The notes under the pieces were generated by a model. It was given only the letters and a program-made list of their open reading frames with translations. It did no database searches and was not told the origin of the DNA. A stretch of DNA of 63,493 nucleotides, the filler included. It is 12 parts of 12 records of this genome, joined end to end, with 100 filler letters (N's around TTAATTAATTAA, not from the genome) between each part and the next. Parts side by side here need not be neighbours in the genome. Positions count along the whole stretch, not along the records: positions 23,942 to 30,021 come from SRR7504441_2384; positions 30,122 to 35,809 come from SRR7504441_2385; positions 35,910 to 41,109 come from SRR7504441_2386; 9 more parts are not named here. One strand, given 5' to 3'. How positions within the stretch are numbered: the first letter of the stretch is position 1; each line of letters starts with the position of its first letter. This document shows positions 24,091-35,963 of this stretch, piece after piece. The position numbers and the translations under genes were made by a program.

Positions 24091-26126
24091 TTACTTTTGG
24101 CTTGCCACAAGCCCTTGGCTCAACTCATTTTGATCGTTGCTCTGCGTTGAATCTTGATCCGCCAGCTCCGTATCGAGACTGCCGCCCTCCGAGTTATGCA
24201 GCCGCAGCATAAAGAATAGCGCAATCAGCAGAAGCCCGAGCAGGACGAGCACCTGCACACATCCCAGCCTCGTCTACCGCGCTCAGCGGTGGCGCACCTT
24301 GACGTAAACCAGGTCATTCACGTGGTATTCGTCTCCAGAGCTCAGGCTGGGCAAGAGCACATCAATCCCAAACTGCCCCACACTCAACACGCCTCCAGCG
24401 GCTGCCGGTTGCCTGCGCAGCAAACCCGAACGACTGGTACATCTTGTAGCACGCTTGCTGGTGCGCGTTCTCTTCTCCGGACGGGAAGTACCCAGCCAGG
24501 ATTGCAGGTACCTGGAATATTGAGTCAGGATTGTCTATTGCTAGACGCTCTAATCGGCCAGCATTAGCAGCTGCGTGCCTGGCTCTCCCAGATTGCGTCA
24601 CCCATAGCAAAGAGTGCCGCCAGTCCGAAGCAGATGGCCCACGGGCCTGCTGTAGCAGTCGGGCCACGTTCGGTCCAGTCGCCGTCGTTGTTGATGTACC
24701 AGCGACTGGGCTGATCAGTACCGTCCGCAAACACGTTGCTGCTGGTGTTGAGCACCCACGGGCGGGAGAACAGCAGCAGCAGGAAGAACCCGACGTGCAT
24801 CATCACCGCGCCAATGATGAGCCAGGAGCGGCGCACGAGTGACTTGCCGGCCAGGAAAGTAGCCAGCAAGTTGACACCGTAAAACCAGGCCACAAGGAAA
24901 CCGACGTGCTTGTTGCCTGCCCTCGGGTTTCAGCAGATAGCCAGCACGGGCCAGACCGAGTGCCTCAGCCACAAAATAGCGGGTAAAGTCCGAAAGGAAG
25001 AAACCAAGAGAGAGCCCATTGTACACGATGATGGCCACCAGCAGCAAGAACCGGCGCTCTGTCACCCCAAACCTGCCGGTGCCGCGCTGGTTGAGTGGCC
25101 GGGCGGCGATGGCACCGTAGAGTGTTGAGCAGAGCCTGTGGTTTGAGTTTTGACTCGACGCTGAGCGAAGCTTCAGACACGCTGGAGTGAGAGAAGGAGG
25201 TGTCCCGTGGAGAGGCCAGGTCTTCAATCGACTGGTTGGCCACGTTCGGAATCCCGAACGTGAGGACCAGCACGCCCACGCCGCATATCGCCTGTCCCAG
25301 GGCATCGTTGCTATGGCCACCGGGCTAACAAGCTTCACACCGAGAGGATCACAAATAGAAATTTCACGTCCGAGGTGTACATCTGGATGATCGACGCCAT
25401 CAGCAGCCCGGCGCACCCATTGGCCTGGAAAAAGCTGAAGAAATATCCGTTGAACTGCTCCATCTTGGCTTTCATGATCTGGGTGAGCCTCTGCTCGATC
25501 TCATGTGCCTTCTCGTTGAGCAGGCTTGGCGGTTCCTTGTTAGCGGCCGGATCCTCCACTTCCCAAAGGTCGAGCTTCTCCTCCAGCTCAGCCCCCGCCG
25601 ATTTGACTGCACACCGCGACAGGTACACCCCTTGGCCTGTCCAGAGCAGCGGGGCTCCGAGTCCGACCAGGAAGTTCATCGGGATCGAGAGCGCCCAGGA
25701 CGGCTTGAGGTTACTCAGCACCATGAACACGTAGCTGGCGCCGCCCACCACCATGCTCAGCCTCGGGCCCCAGATGTCCACGACCAGTGGCCCGACCAGA
25801 CAGGCTACCGTGAACGTAGCGTACAGCGTGCACAGGCAGGCATTTCCTAAAGTCCGGTTGATGGTAGACTGGAGCGCCTGGCCGCCGGGCTGGCTGACTG
25901 GTAGGCCTGTCAGGCTCACCTGGGCGGTGTTGAACGCCAGGAAGATGCCGAAGAATCCGATCCCCATCACGATCACGTGCCGCAAGAAGGCCGCCTTGGC
26001 CGCCCTCGCCGCCGCCACCACGGCCTCCGCCTCCGGAGTGGTGTAGTCGTCGTTGCGGAGGGCCTCCGCGGTGTCCCGTTCCAGTCTCTCGAGCTTGTCG
26101 CCCACAGGGGTCTCAGGTTCCGTCAT
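24091..26126 (-). CDS. UNC-93-like MFS membrane protein
   Basis: FLAFNTAQ|ALQSTIN...GLGAPLLWTGQGVYLSRCA, YNGLSLGFFLSDFT. Multiple TM segments and ~40-nt introns. Confidence 0.85.
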
Positions 26127-26416
26127 GCTCACGAACCGATACGCGTCGAGCGGGCACAGACGGGCGTGGGCACGTTAAAAAATCACGAAATCAGAAGCTC
26201 GAATGCTCAGCATGCGGCCTGGACTATAAAAACGAGTTTGCGGTCCGGCGGGTGCGTTTTGGATTCGTGCGCAATAGCTACGCGATAGCTGCAGGGTTAA
26301 CAACTAACTTGTATATGTAGCGGGAAGATATTTAATCGCTCCGGCCAATGGCCAACGAGCACCAGCATGAGAGCTCATTGTTTGAAACCGTCACAATGAT
26401 GCACTCGACGCTTAGC

Positions 26417-27772
26417 TCAATCGTCGTCGTCCTCGTCGCTGGGTAAGTCGTCCAAGTCGTCCAGATTCTCCGCCAGGAATACACTCTCGTCAATCGGAAC
26501 GCTTTCTTCTAACGGAGCAGCAGCTGTGCTATTGTTGCCAGGTGGCGCAGCCGCAGCTGGCTCGTCAGCAGGCTCCGCCGAAGCCGGCTCAGCTCCCTCC
26601 CCGGCCGCACCCTCCCCGGCTGCCCCACCCTCCTGCCCTCGGGCTGAGCCCTAGCAGACCGGTCAGGATCACCTCAGCTGCCGCCTTGGCAGCCTCGGCA
26701 TCGTCAAACTCCCTCTGGTACTGGTCCTCTCCACCCGCCTCCGCGTCGTCCACGAAAATGTCCTGGTGGAACTGCCCCCCCAACAGCTCAGCCGGCAGCG
26801 CTGCCAGCAGCTGCCTCGAACAGCTGCCGTCCAGTGAGTTGAGACCTCCCACCCTTCTTGGTGCCCTTCTTGGCTTTAGCCAGCGACTTCTCCTTCTCCT
26901 GCGCCGCACCGTCACCACAGCCCGCCGCCGCCGGCCCACCGCCGCGCGCCGCTCGTCCCGCATCTTTTTCCACTCGAGGAATGTGTCTTTGTTGACAGGC
27001 GCGTCCAGCTGCAGGCTTTTACGCTGCAGCGCACTCAGAAGCAGTCGACAGCCCGGCGGCTACCACTGACTCCAGCTTGTCCTCGACAGACCTGCCATCC
27101 CTCTCGGCGAGTCTCCGGAGCCTTTCCTCCTCGGCAGCGTTCGCTTTCCTGTGGGCCAAACCTCTCAGGCCTGCCTCTGCGCTGTGAGGCTCACGCGTCT
27201 CGACGCTGCCGGGCCAGCTTGCGGCGGCCCTCTGCCTGGGGCGCTTCGATGCCCAGCTGGGCCAGGAAGGCGGCCGTGTCGTCGATCACCTCTTCCTCCG
27301 GAGGAGCTGGATCGTCGTCCAGGGCGTTCTTCTTCTTCTTGGGCTTCTCTGGGACCGCCTGACCGCTGGTCAGATGGCTGCGCGGCAGCCCAGGCGCACA
27401 TTAAACAGCGCAGCGATCTCGGCCTCGTGGGCCTTCTTAGCCTCCTTCCGGGACATGGCTTCCTTCTTGGCCTTCTCCGCCTTTCGGTCGGTGAACTTTT
27501 CTTGGGCGGCATGCTGCACGTTGGCGATGTACTTTTGGACCTTCTTACTCTTGTTCTTGTTCTTCATCCCGAAGGTCTTGTCGACCACCATTTTGGACTT
27601 GGACGCGTCCTTCTGCTTCTTACTCATGTCCTCTGTCCCCGCACCGCTCAGGGCCTGCCCCGACCGCCGCACTGCACTGCCCGGCCGGGGGAGGAGAGGG
27701 CACGGCCCGGCCAGCAGGCGGGGGCGGCTAGTGCCGGGGGCGGCTCGGTTTGCACTCACTTCCTTTTGCCAT
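26417..27772 (-). CDS. ZC3H15: ZC3H15/Tma46 (DFRP1)-like protein lacking CCCH fingers
   Basis: MAKG|KDMSKK...VVDKTFGMKNKNKSKKVQKYI, then DFRP-like PVNKDTFLEWKK...LTGRQLFE, C-terminus PIDESVFLAENLDDL. First intron 27633-27759. Confidence 0.8.
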
Positions 27773-27929
27773 GGCTGCGCTCGGCCGGCTGCTCGGGCCA
27801 GTGGGCGCTGCTCGAAGCTGTCCGTTGTAATCCTCGTCTTTTGGAAGTGGTCCAACTGGTCCAGGCGTCTGGCGTCCAGCGTCACCACTCACCAGCTGCA
27901 GGCAGCCAGCGTCATCAGCTACCCTCAAG

Positions 27930-29608
27930 ATGGGAACAACCAGCTCCTCCACTGAGGAGTGGGAGAGCCTGGGTCGGGCGGAGCCGGCCACGGGGAAGCT
28001 GGCGCTGGCCCCCGAGCTAATGGAGCAGCTGGTGCTGCCTCGGCTGCCGCTGGACGCGCTGATGCGCTGGTGCGCCAGCTGCCGTGCTGGGCAGACCGCC
28101 GGCGATAACCGCGGGCTCTGGCTGGATCTCCTGGTCCCGGGGCACGACCAGCTCCCGGCGCACTGGCTGCCGCTCTGCGACCGCTGGGCCTTGTCGCACG
28201 GAGTAGCCGGAGCGGGCCGGGTGGCCGGGGTGGGGCTTCGGACCCGTGTGGCGTACACCTGCGGCTCCCCGTGCGGCCAGGGCTGGGGCACACTCAAGAG
28301 CAACCTGCCGTTCATCGACAACCAGGCGCTGATGGACAGAAACAACTTCCCTCGCCGGAGCACCCCGGCCTCCATGCCCGAGCTCGGGGACCAGGTCAGG
28401 GCCATCTCTGTTAGCTCGTCCGACTGCGCCGTGCTCACCGACCTCAACGGCGCCCGGTCGGTTTTGCTCAAGAACCGGGGGAATGTGACCAAGCACGTTC
28501 CGGACATGCACGTTCAGACCCGCGAGTGCGTGTTGCCCGGCGCCGAGCTTGTTGTTGAAGACATGCCGTCCGCTGACAGGATTTTGCTCACCGACCAGGC
28601 CGGACTGCATGTTGGCTCGGTCCACTGTGCGAGCACCCACGCGCTGTTGGATGTGGGCGACCGGCGGGTGTTGGTCTCTCCGCGGCTTGAGACCACTGAG
28701 CGGCTCCAGCCTCTGCTCACAGCGTGCATGCTTGCTAGGCGGATTGAGCACCCGTGGCTGGACCAGAGGCAGGCGCTGACCAGTTGGGGTGGGCGAGCGC
28801 GGACGATTCTTGACGGCTGGCTGTCCGAGCCAGTGCGTGGTGGCTGCTGCTGCGCTGGGCTCGAGCATGACAGCTGCCGAGCTTGGTATGTGATTATTAT
28901 CAGGTAGTGTGTGACTATCCCACCAGGTGCGTGGACAGCGACGGGTCTGCTAGCTGGCAACACTGGGAGGACGGCGGGGGGCTACCGCGCCCGCTGCAGC
29001 TGCCCGTGCCCGTGGTCCAGCTCTCGTGTGGCAGCAAGCACACGCTGCTCAGAGCAGCGTCGGGTGAGGTCTGGCAGACGAGAGATCCACCGACTGCAGC
29101 GGAGCAGATCGAGCTGCCAGGCCGAGCAGTAGATGTCGCAGCCGGGTGGGACCACTCGCTGTTCTGTCTAGAGGATGGCCGGGTCTATGGGGCGGGCGGG
29201 TGGCCAACCGGCTGTGGGCATGGCACGCCGCATCTGGAGCCGGTGAGCCGTGGTGGTGCGAGGGATTGACGTGGGGGGCAGGAGCCGGTGTATTTCGGAG
29301 AATCAGGAGAATCAGTATCCGAGTCGATCGTGCAGATTGCTGCCGGGCACCATCACTCCCTCTTCCTCACGGCCAGTGGCAGGGTGTACTCGTGCGGAGA
29401 GAACACATGGGGTGCGCTAGGCGTTGGGGACCTGAACGAGCGAAGGCGTCCTGTGAGAGTCAGGTTTGGAGGGGCCGACGACACGCTGGTGCTGAGCGTG
29501 GCGGCTGGTGGCTGGCAGAGTGGATTCATCTTGGCTTTCGGTGCGGCTGTGCCGGGTTGGGGCGCGACGGGGCGGGTGCAGGCGGGTACAAGGCGAGTTC
29601 GTGTGTAG
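27930..29608 (+). CDS. F-box-like plus RCC1-repeat protein
   Basis: LAPELMEQLVLPRLPLDALMRWCASCR (F-box-like), VVQLSCGSKHTL, VAAGWDHSLF, IAAGHHHSLFLTASGRVYSCGENTWGALG. Confidence 0.75.
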
Positions 29609-29973
29609 TGATGTGAGCCGGATGGCATGGCCGGCTAGTCAAGTTGCAATGCATCCACCGACCAATTATCAATAAATAATACTATAAATAATCATGCTAT
29701 ACAATCATACATGTACAGTACAATGTTATGATTGTACCGAGATAGAATCCTCGAATTCCAACCTTTGGGTCAAAAATAAACATCCCGATCAATTCTAATT
29801 TTATGTAAATGAGGTATCAAACAATCAATTAATCAATCGATCAAGATCATCATCAGTTGATGATTGTTCATACCGGCTACATGTACGTATTGCGTACGTT
29901 CATGAGAAGCGCCACGAAGCGCCCAATTCTTCGCTTTTCATTGAGACATTCTACAGAAGGTTGCTTCGATCGA

Positions 29974-30021
29974 TCACCTCTTGCCTTTGCCACCTTTGCC
30001 GCCTTTGCCGCCTTTGCCACC
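29974..30021 (-). CDS. C-terminal (GGK)n tail of a gene cut by the contig end
   Basis: 9-nt repeat CCTTTGCCR reads GKGGKGGKGGKGKR* on the minus strand, next to an AT-rich 3' region. Confidence 0.5.
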   Translation of the reverse strand, partial: GGKGGKGGKGGKGKR

Positions 30022-30456
30022 NNNNNNNNNNNNNNNNNNNNNNNNNNNNNNNNNNNNNNNNNNNNTTAATTAATTAANNNNNNNNNNNNNNNNNNNNNNN
30101 NNNNNNNNNNNNNNNNNNNNNGCGCTTTGGCCGGGCGTTCCAGCCCGTCTATTAAATGTGCCATCCGCCTTGATGTACACCCGGGGTTGCTGATCTAGAC
30201 CACTTTGCCCAGGCAAAGTGCTCGCGCGCATAACTGTTTCGGGCGCGGATATCTGTTTGGCGCCATCATTGAAAGCATCGCCAATTCGCCATCTGTTGAG
30301 GATATGTTGAGGACTTGAGGTACTAAGGTGAGGTCAAAAGTCCGTTATCCCGGCTTGCTCCGCGCGCTTTGCTCCGGGTGAGGAGAAGAACTTCACCCCC
30401 GAGCGAGGCTGGCCGCGGTGGAGCAGCCGGCGGAGGCGCCGGCTGCAGCCGGGAGC

Positions 30457-31622
30457 ATGGACGTCCCCGAGCCGGCCGCGCCCCGGCCCGAGCCGGAGCA
30501 GCCGGACGCGCAGTCGGAGGCCCCGGCGGGCGAGGGGACACTGGACGATAGTCCGAAGCTCTTCACGTTGGGCGGGTTCGCGAGCTCACAAGCCAACGGC
30601 ACCTTTGGGCGGGCCGGGCTGGTCAACGGACATCCGGCGTACCAGCGAACGGACGGGCCGGAGGACCAGCGCTGGTGGTGCTGCCGGGCTGAGGACCGGC
30701 ATTGGTATGTGCAAGCCACTGGCGACAAGGGCCAGGCCTGCGGGTGCGCCCGGACGGCCGGGTGCCCGTGGGGGGCGACCGCCGAGTGGGAGGAACGGGC
30801 GCCCGACCCGCCGGCCGAGAGTATTTCTCTCGCGGCGCAGGACTGGTCGGGGGGTGAGGCGAATAGTTCGATCCGTCTGGGGGATCTAGACTGGCGTGAC
30901 GGCGATGCGCTCAGCCCCGAGGAGCCGCTGAGCAGCAAGGCGCGAGCCTGGTCGGTCGGCCGGCGAGTGGGCGGGGCAGGGGCGGTTTGGGGAGCCGATC
31001 CTTACTCCTGATGACTTTTCGACTAATCGATGCGACGAGTCTGCCAACTGGCTGGGGGACGACTTGAGCGAGCGGATCGCGTTCATGGAGATCCTAGCCG
31101 AGCGCAGGCTGCCGATGCCGCAGGTGTGGGCCCGGTGTTGGAACAGGTGTAAACGGGCGGGCAGAACGAGGCTCAGTTCCACGCATCGAGGGTATTTATC
31201 GATGAGGAGAAACGGTCGTGGTGGGTAGCAGGCGAGGCCGTGCCTGACAGGCGGACAGCTACTCGATGGAGCAGTGGCTCGATTATCTGCAGCTGCATGG
31301 ATACAGCCTCAAGGACTTATCGGAGAACGCTGGAGTGATGGCCACTCCGAGGGCGACAGTAGGCCGGTCGTCGCCGCCCGCCAAGGAGACCAACGCCCGG
31401 TTCAAGGCTATGGCCGAGTACGCCGAATCGTTCAAGGGCTCGATCTCGTTCATGCGGCAGACCTGGAGAGACGAGGCCCCAGCGCTCGTGGTAGTGCACA
31501 GGAACATGGCGTGGTATAGTGTGCGGCTTATCTGCATGTCGGGACAAGGGGTGGTCACAGCGGAGCACATAAAGCGGTGTATCACGGAGGCAGGTGCGTT
31601 GGAATGGGCGGCTGAGGTGTAA
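30457..31622 (+). CDS. Hypothetical protein, multi-exon
   Basis: ORFs 30418-31011 and 31266-31622 with ~40-nt introns between them (GC-AG near 30940-30979). ANGTF..GLVNGHPAY..W..WY module. Confidence 0.55.
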
Positions 31623-31898
31623 CGAGTAATTACGAGATCCTGATTCGGTACAATGTGTGCACAAGTCATTAGAGGACAATTATTAATACATGTAATGATA
31701 CGATGAAAGCAATTGATATAATTATCAACTGCGAGTTATTGACTTAGCGCTGAATCCGTATGACAGATTTGCACAAAGCGCATTAGGATTCTCTTTTGAA
31801 ATTGAAACTCGTTTGTATCATGAATATCGAATACAAGTGAGCCGGTACTTTGAGCGTGCAGAGTGTGCGCTAGGTCGAAAACAATTTACATGCTCAGT

Positions 31899-32738
31899 TC
31901 AATTCAGCTCTAAGTACAGGTCCGGGTCAATGCTGGGACCGGCAGTCGCCTGGTGAGCGAATCTGTCGTAGCTCACAGTGCCTTCACAGAATCTATCTAC
32001 AGCCGTACCCTCACCATGCAGCAGCTTCTCCTGCATCCGCGGCCCGAGCAACTTGACGTGCCACAGCGCCACCACAAACGCCCCACAGGCGCAGCCCAGC
32101 CCGAGCCCGGCACCGAGCCCTATCCACGGATTCCTTCCGAGCATTAGCCGCCTGTTGGTGCCTGCAGTGTCATAGTCCCGGAGGAAGTGGTTGGCAGTCC
32201 CTGGGAGCAGACTCACGTAGCTCGCTGTGCTGACCAACGCCAACGCCGACCCCAGCCCGGCCAGCCCGGCCGCCAGTGACGCGTTCCGTGGCTTGCGGGT
32301 GACCCCCCTTGCCGCCGGGCGACCATCCCTCGGGTCGGTGGTGCAGCTGCTCAGAAGCCCAAACGGCACCGCCCCGGCCGCCAGGATGATTGCCAGGACT
32401 GCCAGCGTCCGGCCCACGCCGCACGACGCGATCATGGCGTCGCAGTCGTCCCGACACGCGCTGCCTCGATTGCAGTCGGCAGTCCTGGTCGAATTGTAGG
32501 TGCGCAGGTCGCACAGCGCCTCTGGGCCCGAGTTGATGCGGCCAGCCCGTCGGACGCCCGCGATCTCGAACCTGTAGCGGTACAGGCCAAACTGCCCGCT
32601 GCCGTCATCGGCTCGAAACCGACTCCAGTCGTTGCTCAGCAGCGCCGTGAGCAGCAGCGCGGTGGCCAGCGCGGCCAGGATGGTGCCAACTGCGCACACC
32701 GACCGGCGGACCAACTCCAGATCGGCCAGTACGCCCAT
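31899..32738 (-). CDS. PMP22/claudin-superfamily-like four-TM protein
   Basis: TM1 followed by NDW...QFGLYR, a Cys-rich extracellular loop and three more TM helices. Single ORF. Confidence 0.65.
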   Translation of the reverse strand: MGVLADLELVRRSVCAVGTILAALATALLLTALLSNDWSRFRADDGSGQFGLYRYRFEIAGVRRAGRINSGPEALCDLRTYNSTRTADCNRGSACRDDCDAMIASCGVGRTLAVLAIILAAGAVPFGLLSSCTTDPRDGRPAARGVTRKPRNASLAAGLAGLGSALALVSTASYVSLLPGTANHFLRDYDTAGTNRRLMLGRNPWIGLGAGLGLGCACGAFVVALWHVKLLGPRMQEKLLHGEGTAVDRFCEGTVSYDRFAHQATAGPSIDPDLYLELN

Positions 32739-33067
32739 GGCTGCGGGAAGTAAGTGTCGATGAGCCAAGCGGCCTCGCACAACCCGGTCTTGACACGGAT
32801 GCTACCCTGACGCTGTCGCGTTTCGGCCGGTTGCTTTTCCGTTGCTCTGCGAATCCTGCAGCTGCACGTTCTGAGGTGCAGCAGATGGGGGCCGCAGTAG
32901 GGCCGCACTCCGCGCGAAGAGCCGATCTCCTGATTCACGATACGCGGTGGACAATCAAAAATCATTTGTTTTCTAATTGATATTGGTAATACAACTAATA
33001 AGGATTGATCAAATAGGTCAACCTAGTACCTTTAGCACCATCAGGTGCATACAACCCCAGCGAGAGG

Positions 33068-34786
33068 TTAGCGTCTACCTCTCAGCTTGGCCACCTCTTG
33101 CGCCCAACACTTAGCCCAAATACCGTCGTCTTGCTCATCCTCACGGCCATCCTTCTCCCCCGCTGCCCCTTGCCCATCCCTCTCAGGGGTGCCCCAGCTG
33201 CCAGCAAACTGATCCAGATCCGCCTCCTCCAGCAGCACCTCTTCGAACCGGTTGGTCCTCCCCTCGCCGAGGTCACCGCTCGTCCAGGTGGTCTTCCTGG
33301 CCCGAAGCGGGTGCCTCTCGACGCAAAGGATCACGTCATCGATGATCGCCTTCACCGCCTGCTGGAACTTAACAGAAACCTCGTCAGGGATGTCCAGCTT
33401 GGGCCGCAGATTGACCTCCAGTAGGTATATCTCCGGGTCCTGGCCAGCCCGGGCCGGTCTGGCGAGCATTAAGTCTATGCCAAACAGCTGAAAGCCTCGC
33501 CTTCTGAGCACGCCTCCAGCCACATACCCTGCAAGCGCCTTACAGATCTGCTGCTTGACGTAAGGGTAAAAGTTCCGGTCGAGCGACCAACCGCGCGGCA
33601 TCAGCCGCTCCAGGTCCTGCGGGCTGATCAGATTTGTGCTCGCATCGTAGCCCTCTGCCTCTTTATTTATCGCGTTATTGGTCAGATGAGCTCTTCGGTT
33701 CTCTTCACTCAAATCAGTAGGATCATAATCAGCCGTTGAAAACCGGCACACTCCATCCTTGTGCAGGTAGGCCTTAGCCCACGGCACCGGGTCGTCAGGT
33801 CGGGCTGGCCCAGCCTCGCACTGAGGCTCGTAGGTCACGAGCAGAAACATCCTCATATCGAACTTCTTGCTCCTCAAATGGGGCAGCTTCTCGTTGTAGA
33901 AGGCCAGATCGTTCGGCTGCCCGGCGTGCTCCACCAGCCACGGCCGCTCCAGATACTGCTGTATGACCCCGACCTCCGGCCCGACCTGAGAGAGGAAATC
34001 CTCCAATTCTTCTAGCCCGGGGAAAATCCGAATCCCGGAGGCCTTGTTCCCATCAGCCGGCTTGTAGATCCATTTGACCCGGTCCACGCGGCCACTAGAC
34101 TGCGGCCACGCGCTCATCTCTGCACGGATCAGATCCACAAGGCAGCCGGGTGCCTCGGCCGCCCACGCCTGGTTCTGCGTCTTGGCCTGGTCCAAGCACT
34201 CCTGGGCGAGATCGAATTGGCCCTCCTCCTGCATCACCTCCACAAACACCTGGTCGAACGGGTCCAGGTACTCCTCGTCCAGCTCCTCCCCGCCTGGGGC
34301 CAGCCCGAGCAGCCCGCTGTTCCGTTGGAGGTCTCGTACCACCTGCTCCCACCCTCAACGGAACCCCGCCCGGGGGGGGGGCGCCGTGAAGGGGAGCCAA
34401 CCGCGTGGGCCCATCGCCCGGCAAAGACAGGCCTTGTCCCATAGGTTCCTGTCGCTGATGTTGGTCCGCAGGTTGGTGACAGTTAGTTTGCCGATCATCA
34501 GATCGAAGCAGCCGTGCTTGAGCTCGACCGACACTGTGTCGTATTCCTCGTGCGACGCGAACCGTTGCTCCGGCCAGCCCGGCAGCCAGCATACCGCCGC
34601 GGTCCGGGCGTCGGCCACCTCCGAATCAAACATGTGAGTCGTGTCCTGGCCCACCCGCCGATAGTGCCGCCGCTCGAAGGCGCCGGCGCAGGTGTGCGCA
34701 TGGCCCTCGGGGCAGTAGTAACTGCGCGCCTTGATCGGCGATTTCTTGGGCGGGCGCGCCAAGGGGGGCTCACGGGCCCGGGGCAT
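33068..34786 (-). CDS. Tubulin-tyrosine ligase family (TTL/TTLL) protein
   Basis: WIYKP...GIRIF, IQQYLERPWL, KFDMRMFLLV, HLTNNAIN, FQLFGIDLML, LLEVNLRP. Confidence 0.92.
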
Positions 34787-34915
34787 TTGCTTTAGCGCGA
34801 TGCCCAGAGAGACGCTTGATCCCACCGGAACGATTGCCGTTACAACGGAACTTTAATTAAGACCGCTTTAGGGCCCCGGGGAGGCGCCTGAGCCCCAGTA
34901 TCAATCGTCGTTGTC

Positions 34916-35809
34916 ATGGGGTGCGGCGCCAGCACGCAGCCGAGCCCGGTATCGCCGGCCTCGCCGACGGGCCAGGGCGGACTGCTGGACTTGGAGGCCG
35001 AGTGGGCGATCGAGAAGCGGCGAGGCAGTCGCGGGGGAGTCAGGCGGCCCTCGGCTGATGCTGCCGCCGGGGACATGCTGCACGAGGCTGCCGCCGGGGC
35101 GCTCAGGCTGAAGGCCAAGGAGGAGGCCGACAGGCAGGGTCAGGAGGAGGCTGATCGACTGGCCGCGGAGGAGGCAGATAATAAGGCAAAAGAAGAAGCC
35201 GATAAGCTGGCCAAGGAGGAGGCAGACAGGAAGGCCGCGGAGGAGGCCGAACGATTCGCAGCGGAGGAGGCCGAGCGGGAGGCAGCGCGGCTCATCGAGC
35301 AGGAGGCAGCGCGGAAGCTCCAAGAGCGCGATTGGCTGTTCGCTGTGCCGGGGCCGCTCCCTGGGCCGGCCGATCCGGACAAGGCGGCAGCTGATAGAGT
35401 CAAGGAGCACCTGTGGGTGACCATGCTGCATCCAGATGCCAAGGCCCAGCTGCGCGTGCTCTTCCACAACCTGGATACCAGCCATGACGGCAGGGTTGAT
35501 GCGCAGGAATGGGCCAAGGCCGTCCGACAGAGCCGGCAAGCGCTCGAGAATGTGTTTGGAGGGGCCAGCAACGAGCACCTCGAACTCACCTTCGCCGCGC
35601 TGGATCGGTTCCCAACGGACGGTGCGTTAACCTGGGGCGAGTTTGAAAAGGCGGCCCGCGAGGTGCAGAAAAGGAGTCCGGAGCCTCGCAGGGCGAGCGC
35701 AGTGCTGAGGAGGCTGGTGGCTGCCTGGCGGGAGGGCGAGGAACGGGTGGGGTTGGAGAGCTTGTTCAACGGTCTTGCGAGCGACGGCAGCGTGGCCTGC
35801 TTTGGCTGG
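34916..35809 (+). CDS. Putatively dual-acylated (MGCGAS) EF-hand protein, 3' truncated
   Basis: N-terminal MGCGAS, AEEEADR-type charged repeats, EF loops LDTSHDGRVDAQEW and LDRFPTDGALTWGEF. Confidence 0.75.
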
Positions 35810-35963
35810 NNNNNNNNNNNNNNNNNNNNNNNNNNNNNNNNNNNNNNNNNNNNTTAATTAATTAANNNNNNNNNNNNNNNNNNNNNNNNNNNNNNNNNNN
35901 NNNNNNNNNAATGTATGTACGTTCGGGGATATTTGTGGAAGCTAGAAAGAGGGGAAGGCATGA

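Noticed and set aside
27633-27759. Hairpin (27677-27717) in the 127-nt first intron of ZC3H15-like as an H/ACA RNA
   Set aside because: No ACA or H box, and a ~12-bp stem is unremarkable at this GC content
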